In this document: positions 8,976 through 18,096 of the stretch, in pieces | How positions within the stretch are numbered: the first letter of the stretch is position 1 | Layout: the number at the start of each line of letters is the position of its first letter | Assembly (NCBI GenBank): GCA_052390515.1 | Contig: JBQTGV010000070.1 | Location: 1-41,028 of the forward strand | Length of the DNA stretch: 41,028 nt | Source of the DNA: Candidatus Eiseniibacteriota bacterium | GTDB lineage: Bacteria > ARS69 | Direction: 5' to 3' | Program-made: the position numbers and the translations under genes | The notes under the pieces: model-generated | The model's database searches: none | What the model saw: the letters and a program-made list of their open reading frames with translations, nothing else | What the model was told of the DNA's origin: nothing

Positions 8976-10310
8976 ATGACCCAACGCGAGGTCTGGTCGG
9001 CGTGGTGGCCGCTGGCGGCGAGCTGGCTGATGATGGGCCTCGAGCTGCCCATGGTCAGCGCCGTCATGGCGCGGCTCCCCGATCCCGAGATCCACCTCGC
9101 CGCGTACGGCGGCGTGGTGTTCCCGGTCGCCATGCTGATCGAGGCGCCGATCATCATGCTGCTCTCCGCGTCGACGGCGCTCTCCCGCGACCGCGCGTCT
9201 TACGCGAAGCTCCGCCGCTTCATGATGTGGGCCGGCGGCGCGCTGACTGCGCTGCACCTCGCCGTGGCCACGACGCCGCTTTTCGACGTCGTCGTGGGCG
9301 GGTTGCTGGACGCTCCCGAGCCCATCCGCGAGCCGGCCCGCGTCGGGCTCCTGATCATGACGCCGTGGACCTGGTCCATCGCGTACCGGCGGTTCCAACA
9401 GGGCGTCATGATCCGCTTCGGGCGCTCCCGACTGGTGGGAACCGGAACGGCGGTGCGCTTGGGGACGATCGCGGTGGTGCTCGCCGTCGGGTCCGCGCTC
9501 GGGCCCGTCGAGGGCATCGTGCTCGGAGCCGTCGCGGTGGTCGCGGGCGTGATGGCCGAGGCGGCCTTCGCCGGAGTCATGGTGCGCCGGGTGGTCGCGG
9601 ATGCGCTCCCCAAGACAGATCCCGGGAGCCGGCCGCTCACCCTGCGCACGTTCCTCGCGTTCTACACGCCGCTCGCCGTCACCGCGACGCTCACCCTGCT
9701 GACCCTGCCGCTGACCGCCGCCGCCATCAGCCGCATGCCGCGCCCGCTCGAGTCCTTGGCGGTGTGGCCCGTCATCAGCGGCCTGACGTTCACCCTGCGG
9801 AGCCTCGGCCACGCGTACAACGAGGTCGTCGTCGCGCTGGTGGACCGTCCGGGCGCGTTCCGGGCGCTGCGACGGTTCGCCACGGGTCTGGGCGTCCTGG
9901 TCACGCTCGCGCTCGTCGCCATCGCCGCCACGCCATTCGCGCGCGTCTACTTCGCGGGAGTGTCGGGGCTCTCGGAGCCGCTCACCGCGCTCGCCCTGAC
10001 GGCGGTCTGGGTGGCCATTCCGCTCCCGGCGGCCAGCGTCGTGCAGCACTGGCTGCAGGGCATCCTCACCGCGGCGCACCGCACGAAGGCCATCGGCGAG
10101 GCGATCCTGCTGTACGTCGCCGTCACCGCGGGGGTGCTCGCCGCGGGGATCGCCGCCGGCACCTTCCCGGGGATCGAAGTGGGCCTCGCCGCCGCGGGCA
10201 TCGGGTACTTCGCGCAGTCGGCTTGGCTCTTCGCGCGCAGCCGGCCGGTCCGCAGGGCCTTCTCCGGCGCAACCCACGCGCCGGTGGAAGCCGCGGCGGG
10301 CGCCGTGTAG
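8976..10310 (+). CDS. Multi-pass membrane transporter, MATE/MOP-like
   Basis: About 12 hydrophobic segments with two-fold internal repeat (WPLAASW / YTPLAVT; FQQGVM / WLQGIL). Confidence 0.6.
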   Translation: MTQREVWSAWWPLAASWLMMGLELPMVSAVMARLPDPEIHLAAYGGVVFPVAMLIEAPIIMLLSASTALSRDRASYAKLRRFMMWAGGALTALHLAVATTPLFDVVVGGLLDAPEPIREPARVGLLIMTPWTWSIAYRRFQQGVMIRFGRSRLVGTGTAVRLGTIAVVLAVGSALGPVEGIVLGAVAVVAGVMAEAAFAGVMVRRVVADALPKTDPGSRPLTLRTFLAFYTPLAVTATLTLLTLPLTAAAISRMPRPLESLAVWPVISGLTFTLRSLGHAYNEVVVALVDRPGAFRALRRFATGLGVLVTLALVAIAATPFARVYFAGVSGLSEPLTALALTAVWVAIPLPAASVVQHWLQGILTAAHRTKAIGEAILLYVAVTAGVLAAGIAAGTFPGIEVGLAAAGIGYFAQSAWLFARSRPVRRAFSGATHAPVEAAAGAV

Positions 10311-10319
10311 AGTTCCGGC

Positions 10320-11888
10320 ATGCGCATACTCGCTCTCGTCGTCACCGTACTGACCGCGACGGTGGCCCACGCCGTCACGCTCCCCACCGGCTTCCGCATC
10401 GAGCGCATGGTAGACGGGCCGACCGGTGGGGGATCCGTCGGCTTCGCACTGCTGCCGGACGGGCGGCCGCTCGTGCTCGAGCAGCAGACCGGCGTCGTGC
10501 TCCTGGCGGCGGTCGGCTCGACGACCGCCGTACCGGTGCTGACCATCCCCGGCGTGGAGAGCGCCCACCCCGAGCGCGGTCTGCTCGGCGTCGCCGTCGA
10601 TCCGTCGTGGCCGGCGCGGCCGTACGTGTACTTCGACTACACGCACGTCGACTCCGTCACGAAGATCACCATGTACACGGCGTCCGGAGATCTCGCCGAC
10701 CCGTCGTCGACGAACCTCGCGTTCGCCGGCGCGTACCACCTGCTCGACGACATCCCCGACGTGAACGGCATCCATAACGCCGGCACGCTCCGCTTCGGTC
10801 CGGACGGCATGCTCTACGTGGCTGTCGGCGACGACGCGCAGTCCTGCAAGGCGCAGGAGCAGATCTCTCCCCTGGGCAAGATCCTGCGTCTGGACGTCTC
10901 GCTGATGCCGGGACCGGGCGGCGGCCCGCCGTCGAAGCTCGACATCACGCCCCCCGACAACCCCTTCCCGGGTCCGGACGCGTGGCAGAAGCTCGTGTAC
11001 GCGTGGGGGCTGCGCAATCCGTTCCGTTTCACGATCGACTTCCTGACCGGCGAGGTCTTCATCGGCAACGTCGGCTCGCACATCTACGAGGAGATCGACT
11101 GGGTCCCGGGCACGGGCTACACGGGCAACAACTACGGCTGGCCGCAGTTCGAGGGCGATCAGCCGCTGGGCTGCTGCGGCACGTGCGGCCAGGGCAACGT
11201 CTTCACCGACGCCATCCACCTCATCCCTCACGGGCTGCCGATCATCTCGGTGTGCGGTGGACCGGTGATTCGGACGACGTCTTCGCCGATCTCCTTCCCG
11301 CCGGCCTACGAGGGCGACTACTTTTACTTCGAGGTGTTCGGCGGCACCCTGCACCGCCTGCGTGAGACCGGCGGCGTCTGGGACTTCGCCCCGCCGGTGC
11401 CGGGACAGCCCGACTCCACGACCTGGGGCAGCGGCCTTTTCGGCGCGTGCGATGCGCAGCTCGCGCCGGACGGAACGCTCTGGCTGGCGAACTTCGGATA
11501 CTGCTGCGGGTTCGGCCGCGGGATCTACCGCATCTCCGCGGACTCCACGATGACGGGGGCGGTGGTGGTGGCGGACGCGGCGGGAGCGGCCACGGTGCTG
11601 CGCGCGGAGCCGAACCCCATGACCGTGGACGGCGGGACCGTGTTCCGGTTCGAGGCGCGGAGCGTGGCACCGGCCACGATCCGAGTGTACGACGCAGCCG
11701 GCCGCCTCGTGCGCACGCTCACCGAGACTTCACGGAGTGCCGGTGCGCGCACGCGGACCTGGGATGGGCGGACCGATGCTGGGCAATGGGTCTCCCCGGG
11801 GGTGTACTTCGTGCAGGTGGCAATCGGCACTCCGCCACACTACGAGTCAGGCGAAGCACGGATCGTCGTTCTGCCGGTCGCAAAATGA
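10320..11888 (+). CDS. Secreted PQQ-dependent sugar dehydrogenase-like (GSDH) beta-propeller with C-terminal FlgD-Ig-like domain
   Basis: Signal peptide, ERGLLGVAVDP, HNAGTLRFGPDGMLY, GKILRL, AWGLRNPFR, NYGWP; C-terminal PNP...VYDAAGRLVRTL...WDGR...GVYF. Confidence 0.85.
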   Translation: MRILALVVTVLTATVAHAVTLPTGFRIERMVDGPTGGGSVGFALLPDGRPLVLEQQTGVVLLAAVGSTTAVPVLTIPGVESAHPERGLLGVAVDPSWPARPYVYFDYTHVDSVTKITMYTASGDLADPSSTNLAFAGAYHLLDDIPDVNGIHNAGTLRFGPDGMLYVAVGDDAQSCKAQEQISPLGKILRLDVSLMPGPGGGPPSKLDITPPDNPFPGPDAWQKLVYAWGLRNPFRFTIDFLTGEVFIGNVGSHIYEEIDWVPGTGYTGNNYGWPQFEGDQPLGCCGTCGQGNVFTDAIHLIPHGLPIISVCGGPVIRTTSSPISFPPAYEGDYFYFEVFGGTLHRLRETGGVWDFAPPVPGQPDSTTWGSGLFGACDAQLAPDGTLWLANFGYCCGFGRGIYRISADSTMTGAVVVADAAGAATVLRAEPNPMTVDGGTVFRFEARSVAPATIRVYDAAGRLVRTLTETSRSAGARTRTWDGRTDAGQWVSPGVYFVQVAIGTPPHYESGEARIVVLPVAK

Positions 11889-12041
11889 CAACTTCGCTCG
11901 AACAGCGCGGGAGCGGTCGGCCGGCAAAGACGGCGAGCGCGCAGGATCGATCCTGATTCCAGGCGTCGTGAGAGATGCTGTTCCGACAACACCCCGATGC
12001 TCGAAGCAGACACTTGCGACTCGATGTACACAGGCGGGCGG

Positions 12042-13262
12042 TCACGTGAACTCGTTTTCGATTGCTGCCTCCAACAGCTTGCGACACTCCCCGTGTTGCA
12101 GCATTTCGCGAAGCTCGCCGTTAGGATCGAGAAGTGTCCTCTTCGCAGCGCTAGCGGTTTCGAAGACGTGGGCGATACCCAAGTGAATTGCGTCCTGCAT
12201 TGCCTTGCAACTTCGAGAATACGCGCGGGCCGCTTCGTCGACGTCTTCGTCGACCGTCGCATAGCACTCACCCACCAAACTCCAGTACTCCGCCATCGTC
12301 ATATGGGCGGACGGGGCACCTAAAGCGAAGTCATGGGCGGTCTGAAGCCTTTGCTCGACAGCCTTCATGAATGCAGCGCGCCCGTCGTCGAAGAAGATAC
12401 CCTTAGCGCGGTCTCTCAGGGCCGGAGAGCATCGAACATAGGCCATTAGAATCAGACAGTCAGCGTAGTTGACATTGTTGTAGTACTTGAAACTGGCGGT
12501 GGCAGTTTGGTCTACTGCTACTTGCCTTCGGAAGAGATCCCTGGTCTCATCGAGGTCGCGACGCACCGACTGCAGTGCGTTAACCTCATCGATTTGCTCG
12601 GAGGCGCTCAGCGTGAGGATCGATGACTTGACTCGCCAGAGTTTGTGTACACCTAGGCCATTGTAGACGGTACCAATCTCCGGATGCTCCGTCAGTTCCC
12701 GAGCGTGCTGAAACGCCTCCTCGGCTGTCTTGCTGTACACTCCATAGTGCTGAAGTGTTCTGGAAACTCCGACCAGTGACCAGCTTACCTTCTGGAGATC
12801 GGTCGGCGTCGAGCTGTCTCGGATGAGGCGCAGAAGCGCCTGTTCCGCTTCTAGGAGATCCGCGTCCTTGTTCCTACCGAGTATCATTCGTGCAGCGTCG
12901 ACAATCTTGCGGATCGGCTCGAAGCGAGCATTTGAATCCAGAACTTGGACGTGCGCCAGATCCGCGTTGAACTCCTCGGCCAGAGTCCGCGAGGAAACAA
13001 ACGAAACGCGGCTCATCCACTCAAGCAGCTGCCTACGCGCTGCCGCATAGTGCAACTCGACCCCTGCCTCTGCCACGGCCCTCAACGTGTCAGCGGTCTC
13101 CCTCGTGATGAGGTGCGGCGACACATACGTCGTCCACACCGCTCCAGCCACGGCAATGGCAAAGGTAGTGATCGCCGCCGGAGCAATGTACTTGCGCCGA
13201 CGTCCCGCCCGTTTCTTGGGCGAGGCTGGCTCGCTGGTCACGTCTTGCGGATCTATGCTCAC
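12042..13262 (-). CDS. Hypothetical membrane-anchored helical (TPR-like) protein in lower-GC island
   Basis: 406-codon ORF with atypical codon usage, AAGGAG RBS before GTG, basic stretch plus one TM segment at the N-terminus, VYNGLG TPR-like helix. Confidence 0.65.
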   Translation of the reverse strand: MSIDPQDVTSEPASPKKRAGRRRKYIAPAAITTFAIAVAGAVWTTYVSPHLITRETADTLRAVAEAGVELHYAAARRQLLEWMSRVSFVSSRTLAEEFNADLAHVQVLDSNARFEPIRKIVDAARMILGRNKDADLLEAEQALLRLIRDSSTPTDLQKVSWSLVGVSRTLQHYGVYSKTAEEAFQHARELTEHPEIGTVYNGLGVHKLWRVKSSILTLSASEQIDEVNALQSVRRDLDETRDLFRRQVAVDQTATASFKYYNNVNYADCLILMAYVRCSPALRDRAKGIFFDDGRAAFMKAVEQRLQTAHDFALGAPSAHMTMAEYWSLVGECYATVDEDVDEAARAYSRSCKAMQDAIHLGIAHVFETASAAKRTLLDPNGELREMLQHGECRKLLEAAIENEFT

Positions 13263-13498
13263 TGATTCACTCCTTCCGGTTCGACCGGTCCAAATGAGCG
13301 GCGATCAAACGGGGCACACGTGGGCGGGCACGGTGCGCTTGGAGTCGAATCCCTTCAGGCCCTACAGAGCCCCACTGAGCGACGACGACGAGGCAACACT
13401 CTGACGACTTCTCGCTGGCAGTGCATGCACCCCCCAGCGACTTCAGAATTGATCTGGGGGAGTCGCAGCGGGAACACCCTCTTAGTTCACGACCTGCC

Positions 13499-13591
13499 CT
13501 ATAGATCAGGCCAACGAGGTGTGGCCGTCACTAGTGCGATGAAGAACGAGCTAGCAAGCGATACGAAGCGAGCGACTACAAGCTTCCGCAT
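13499..13591 (-). CDS. Candidate 30-aa small peptide MRKLVVARFVSLASSFFIALVTATPRWPDL
   Basis: Purine-rich GGGGAAGAG directly before the ATG; basic-hydrophobic signal-like composition; too short for the ORF track. Confidence 0.35.
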   Translation of the reverse strand: MRKLVVARFVSLASSFFIALVTATPRWPDL

Positions 13592-13895
13592 CTCTTCCCC
13601 CTATCGGTTACGGTTGACGGGTTGGATCGGCTGGCGTCTATCTTCGGCTGATACCGCCCTACATTTCAACACAAACTTGGCTTAGCCCACAGCCAAAGTG
13701 TCAGGCGTCAGGATACCCGCCGGGCTCCCCGGAAAGGGATACTGATACCGCCAGGGTCCGAAGCTGGCAAGTGGCAGAATGTCGGGGCATCGATAGGGGG
13801 GAGCCTCATACCGGGGTCGCTCCCCGCCGATGTCGAAGTTGCCGAGGATTGCCCGAGGTTTCCCGGTCTTCACGAAGACCGCCAAGGGAGGCGCG

Positions 13896-14504
13896 ATGGT
13901 CGTCGGACGGGACTTCGCGTGGGCTCACCTGCCAAAGACCGCCGGCGACGCGACATGGGCGCTGTTCCGCTGCGTTCCCGACCTCGTTGTGCGCGCGCAC
14001 GCCCCCGGCGATCCGCGAAAGCACCGTACGTTCGTCGAGGAGGGCGTCACCGAGCTTCGCCTCGTGCTGAACCTGCGGCGGCTGCCGTCCCTGGCGCTGA
14101 GCTACGTGCACCACGCGAGGAACTACGGCATCCCCGGCGCCTTCCCGCGCGGCTACCGCATGACGCCGGCGGAGGCGGTCGCGTTCGACCGGCCGGAGCG
14201 CGCGCTCCGCCGCCACCTCGACCGCGATCGCCTCGAGGTGCACCGCTGGCTGCGCATGGAGCACCTGCGCGAGGACTTCCTCGACTTCGTCGGGTCCCTT
14301 CGCCCGCTCGACGCCCGGGAGATCGAACGCGTCCGCGGCGTGCCGACCAAGCCATCCATGAGCTACGATCACGACCCGCTGCGCTTCTTCACCCCTGCGG
14401 AGATCGAGCGCCTCTACGCGAACAACCCCACCTGGGCACGGCACGAGCTCGCCGTGTACGGCACCCTCACGCTCGCGCGGGCGGGTTCCGGAGGCGTCTG
14501 CTAG
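13896..14504 (+). CDS. Sulfotransferase-family-like protein
   Basis: AAGGGAGG RBS; HLPKTAG resembles the 5'-PSB loop and LNLRRLPSLALSY the 3'-PB motif. Confidence 0.6.
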   Translation: MVVGRDFAWAHLPKTAGDATWALFRCVPDLVVRAHAPGDPRKHRTFVEEGVTELRLVLNLRRLPSLALSYVHHARNYGIPGAFPRGYRMTPAEAVAFDRPERALRRHLDRDRLEVHRWLRMEHLREDFLDFVGSLRPLDAREIERVRGVPTKPSMSYDHDPLRFFTPAEIERLYANNPTWARHELAVYGTLTLARAGSGGVC

Positions 14505-14513
14505 GATCGTCCG

Positions 14514-15470
14514 ATGGACGCACCGAACGACCTGCACTGGCTCGCCGAGACCGGGCAGACCGAGGCACTCGGTCGGGCGCTGAGTAGCGGTGCCCCCGTC
14601 GAGGCGCGCGACGCCGAAGGGCGAACGCCGCTGCTGCTGGCCGCGGCGTGGGGCCGGCTCGAGGCCGTTCGTCTGCTGCTGGACCGGGGCGCCGATGCGC
14701 AGGTCGTGACGAGCCGGGGCGAAGGCGCGCTGCACCTCGCCGCCCCGCGCGCCGGCGCCGAGCTCGTCGAGCTGCTCGCCTCCCGTGGCGTGAACGTGGG
14801 TGCGGCGGATCGAAGCGGCGTGACGCCCCTGCACCTCGCCTGCCGCCGCGGTTCGAGCGGGGAGATCGATCTCCTGCTGCAGGGCTCCGCGTCGGAGCCC
14901 GAGCCGCGCTCCGCCGTGGAGCGACTGGAAGACGAGCATGTCATCGAGGTGATGCTGGCGCACGGCGCGTCACCCGACGCGACCGACGAGCGCGGCGACA
15001 CGCCGCTGCACCTGGCCGCGGCCGGGGGGACGGACCGCGCCGTGCGGCTCCTCTTGTCCCACGGCGCCGACCCGCGGGCCGTCGACTCGTACGGGATCAC
15101 CCCGCTGCATCGCGTGGCCGACGTGGGCATCGCCCACGCGCTGCTGGAAGCCGGGGCCGCGGTCGACGCCGCCGACCGTGACGGGTGCACCGCGCTCCAT
15201 CGAGCGGCGGCGGCGGGCAACGCGGACGTCGTGCTGTGCCTGCTGGAACGCGGAGCGGACGCCAACGCGGTCGACAGCGACGGCCGTACGCCGCTGCACC
15301 ACGCGGCATCCGCCGGGCGCGCCCAGGTGGCGCAGCGGCTGATCGAGTTCGGCGCCGCCGCGGGAGTCAAAGATCACGACGGACGGACGCCCGCCGTCGT
15401 CGCGACCCAGGGCGGGCATTCGCTGGTCGCGGCGGCGATCCGGCGATATCGCGGCAAGCGGCAACGGTAG
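14514..15470 (+). CDS. Ankyrin-repeat protein
   Basis: About 8 GxTPLHxA...LL..GAD repeats. Confidence 0.92.
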   Translation: MDAPNDLHWLAETGQTEALGRALSSGAPVEARDAEGRTPLLLAAAWGRLEAVRLLLDRGADAQVVTSRGEGALHLAAPRAGAELVELLASRGVNVGAADRSGVTPLHLACRRGSSGEIDLLLQGSASEPEPRSAVERLEDEHVIEVMLAHGASPDATDERGDTPLHLAAAGGTDRAVRLLLSHGADPRAVDSYGITPLHRVADVGIAHALLEAGAAVDAADRDGCTALHRAAAAGNADVVLCLLERGADANAVDSDGRTPLHHAASAGRAQVAQRLIEFGAAAGVKDHDGRTPAVVATQGGHSLVAAAIRRYRGKRQR

Positions 15471-16223
15471 ATGCCCTCGAGGCAGCCGCTCGCGCTGACC
15501 ATCGCCGGATCCGATCCGTCGGGCGGCGCCGGCCTCCAGGCCGACGTCGCGACCTTCGCCGCTTGCGGGTGCCGCGCGGCCGCCGTGGTCACGGCCATCA
15601 CGGTGCAGGACGGGCGGCGTATTCTGGCCTGGGAGCCGGTGCGGGAGGCACTCGTCCGCGATCAGCTGCGCGCCGTGCTCGGTTCGCCGGGTCCGGCGGC
15701 CGTCAAGACCGGGATGCTGGGGACCGCGGCCGTCGTGCGCATCGTGGCGGCGGAGCTGCGGGCCTCCCCGGCTCCGCTCGTCTGCGATCCGGTGATGGTC
15801 TCGTCGTCCGGGCATGCCTTGCTGGAGGTCGACGCCTTCGACGTGCTGCGCGAGGAGCTCCTCCCGATGTGCGCGCTGATCACGCCGAACGCGCAAGAGG
15901 CCGCGGTCCTTGCCGGCGTCGACGTGAGGAACCCCGATGGGGCGGAGCGGGCCGGCCGGGCCCTCCTCGCCCGGGGAGCGCGCGCCGTGCTGGTCAAGGG
16001 CGGCCACTTCGAATCGGAGCGCGGCACCGACGTGCTGGTCAAGCCGGACAGTGTTCGCCGAATGCCCGCCGAGTGGCTCGGCCCCGGCGACGTGCACGGA
16101 ACCGGCTGCGTGCTCTCCGCCGCGATCACCGCGTACCTGGCGCGCGGCGTTTCGCTCGAGGAGGCCGTGACCCTCGGCAAGCGCCACGTGACGGGGTGGA
16201 TCCGCGCGGCGACGGGAGGATGA
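15471..16223 (+). CDS. thiD: Hydroxymethylpyrimidine/phosphomethylpyrimidine kinase
   Basis: LTIAGSDPSGGAGLQAD, VKTGML, DPVMVSSSG, ITPN, KGGH, HGTGC. Confidence 0.93.
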   Translation: MPSRQPLALTIAGSDPSGGAGLQADVATFAACGCRAAAVVTAITVQDGRRILAWEPVREALVRDQLRAVLGSPGPAAVKTGMLGTAAVVRIVAAELRASPAPLVCDPVMVSSSGHALLEVDAFDVLREELLPMCALITPNAQEAAVLAGVDVRNPDGAERAGRALLARGARAVLVKGGHFESERGTDVLVKPDSVRRMPAEWLGPGDVHGTGCVLSAAITAYLARGVSLEEAVTLGKRHVTGWIRAATGG

Positions 16224-16288
16224 CGGCCGACGCAGCGCTCCGTTCCGGAAGAAGATGAGTCGATGGGCCGCGCGTCGTAGGCGCCGAC

Positions 16289-17374
16289 TCACCTTCCTTC
16301 GGGACGGGCCGCGAGCAGCTCCGCCACCGGCTCGACCAGCGCTCGGGCCACGGCCTCGTTTCCCGCGGGCGTCCAGTGCGGATCGTCCGGCAGGTACGCC
16401 GGCTCGCGCGCGTCCGCCGCAGCCACCGCATCGCTGACGTCCACGCCGGGGACGGAGTGCCGCTCGAGCACGCGCGCCCACATCCGTCGCGCGCCGCTGG
16501 TCATGAAGCGCGCCGCCGCCCGGGAGATCCCGGCATCCGCGATCTCGGCACGACGCGGCACGAGCGCGAGCAGGACCGGCGCTTCCCGCTCGCCGCACGA
16601 CAGGACGAGCTCGCCGAGCGACGCCTCCGCCGCCTGCACCGCGCCCGGCAGGACGTTGCCGATCTGGAACTGCGCGCCGCGGGTACGCAGGTCGATCCAG
16701 CCGAGCACTCGGCTCCGGTCGACGACGCGCGCGAGCGCCGACCGAGCATCCATCGGGCGCGGCGAGTACTCTTCCAGCCGGTCCGGCGCGAAGCGGCGGA
16801 TGCGCACCTCGTCGATCGGGTCGTTGGACAGACTGAACGTGCACACCACCGCGTCCAGGCGCATCTCCTCGGCCAGCCGCTCGACCATCGCGCGCTGCTG
16901 CCAGACGCTGTATCCCGGAACGGCGGCGTTCACGACGCCGATGCGCCGCCCGGGGAGTCGTTCGCGGAGCATCTCCTCCAGGCGGCGCGGGAACGATTCG
17001 CTCTCCTGCACTCCCCAACCGAACGCGAAGGAGTCCCCCGTGACGAGGATCCGCGTCGCGGCGCTGTCGGCCACGTCGATCTCCGGGCTGCGCAGCCCCA
17101 GGCTGTTCGTCCGCTCCACGGTCTCGCCGGGACCGCGTCGGAACACCCCCTCGGCCGACGCCGGGAAGATCCATCCGAGGCGCGGATCCTTGGCCGACTC
17201 GAGCTGGCCGGGCGGCGCCTCCGACGGATCGGCCGGCGCCGGCAGGCCGCGCACGCGCAGCACGAGCTCCGCCGCGGCGAAGACGACGAGCAGCACGGTG
17301 GCCGCCACGGCGAAGGCCAGGAGCCGGAACGCCGCCGTCTTCTTCAGCGAGAACCGGCCTTGGCCGAGGTCCAC
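16289..17374 (-). CDS. Membrane-anchored SGNH/GDSL hydrolase
   Basis: N-terminal TM, GDSFAFGWG (Ser), NAAVPGYS, SND, DDPHWT (DxxH); start uncertain (GTG 17374 or near 17347). Confidence 0.8.
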   Translation of the reverse strand: MDLGQGRFSLKKTAAFRLLAFAVAATVLLVVFAAAELVLRVRGLPAPADPSEAPPGQLESAKDPRLGWIFPASAEGVFRRGPGETVERTNSLGLRSPEIDVADSAATRILVTGDSFAFGWGVQESESFPRRLEEMLRERLPGRRIGVVNAAVPGYSVWQQRAMVERLAEEMRLDAVVCTFSLSNDPIDEVRIRRFAPDRLEEYSPRPMDARSALARVVDRSRVLGWIDLRTRGAQFQIGNVLPGAVQAAEASLGELVLSCGEREAPVLLALVPRRAEIADAGISRAAARFMTSGARRMWARVLERHSVPGVDVSDAVAAADAREPAYLPDDPHWTPAGNEAVARALVEPVAELLAARPEGR

Positions 17375-18096
17375 TCGTCGAGGTACTTGGGGAGCATCGC
17401 GCGCCAGGTCGGCCAGTCGTGATGCCACTCGGCTCCCCAGGAGTCGACGCGGTTGGGCACGCCCGCCTGACCGAGCATCTCGGCCACGCGCCACGACTCC
17501 TGGATGTCCTCCGCGCGCCCCTCGCCCGAGGCCAGCAGGACGAAGCACTTGCGCAGCTGCTCGAGATGCCCGGCCGGCAGGTGCGGGAGGTAGTGCACGG
17601 GTGAAGAGCGGTAGAAGTCCATCGAGGGCCGGCGCCCGTCCAGGAAGCGCACCAGGTCGAACGTGCCGCTCATGCACAGCGCACGGGTGAACGCCGTCGG
17701 GTAGCGGCACACCGCGGCCAGCGCGTTGAACGCACCGATCGAGGCGCCGGCGGTGAAGATCCCGACGTCCTCCGAGCGGCAGTCGACGCGGATGGCCGGG
17801 ACGACCTCGTGGAACACGTACTCCTGGAAGCGATCCTGCATGGTGCCGGCATCCGGAGCGCCCGGGCCGTCGCCGGAGAGCATCGCCCGGCCGGCCACGC
17901 TGTCGCAGGAGTAGACCTTGATGCGTTGGTCGCGGAGCAGATCGGCGAGGCAGTCGATGACCAGGAAGCGCTCGATCTCCTCCGCGTCACCACCCGCCGT
18001 CGGGAAGATCAGCACGGGCTGCCCGACCTCGCCCCAGCGGGCGAAGCGGACTTCCTGGCCGAGCCTCTCCGAGTACCAGGTGGCGGTCTCCTTCAC
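17344..18096 (-). CDS. Alpha/beta-hydrolase (esterase family)
   Basis: FPTAGG, nucleophile GASIG, HHDWPTWR; GTGA overlap with the upstream ATP-grasp gene. Confidence 0.85.
   Translation of the reverse strand: MKETATWYSERLGQEVRFARWGEVGQPVLIFPTAGGDAEEIERFLVIDCLADLLRDQRIKVYSCDSVAGRAMLSGDGPGAPDAGTMQDRFQEYVFHEVVPAIRVDCRSEDVGIFTAGASIGAFNALAAVCRYPTAFTRALCMSGTFDLVRFLDGRRPSMDFYRSSPVHYLPHLPAGHLEQLRKCFVLLASGEGRAEDIQESWRVAEMLGQAGVPNRVDSWGAEWHHDWPTWRAMLPKYLDEWTSAKAGSR

Noticed and set aside
11885-12040. Integron attC-like site after the dehydrogenase gene
   Set aside because: No matching RYYYAAC/GTTRRRY ends or complementary boxes, and no integrase.
13630-13750. Four further GTATC copies (minus strand) in the low-GC island as ECF promoters
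   Set aside because: None has GTC at 17-18 nt spacing. They do show that the pentamer alone is not diagnostic.
13320-13885. ORF-track calls 13320-13685 (+) and 13682-13885 (-)
   Set aside because: No RBS, motif or codon support that I can see.
14514-15470. DNA repeats as a CRISPR or other array
   Set aside because: They are coding ankyrin repeats.
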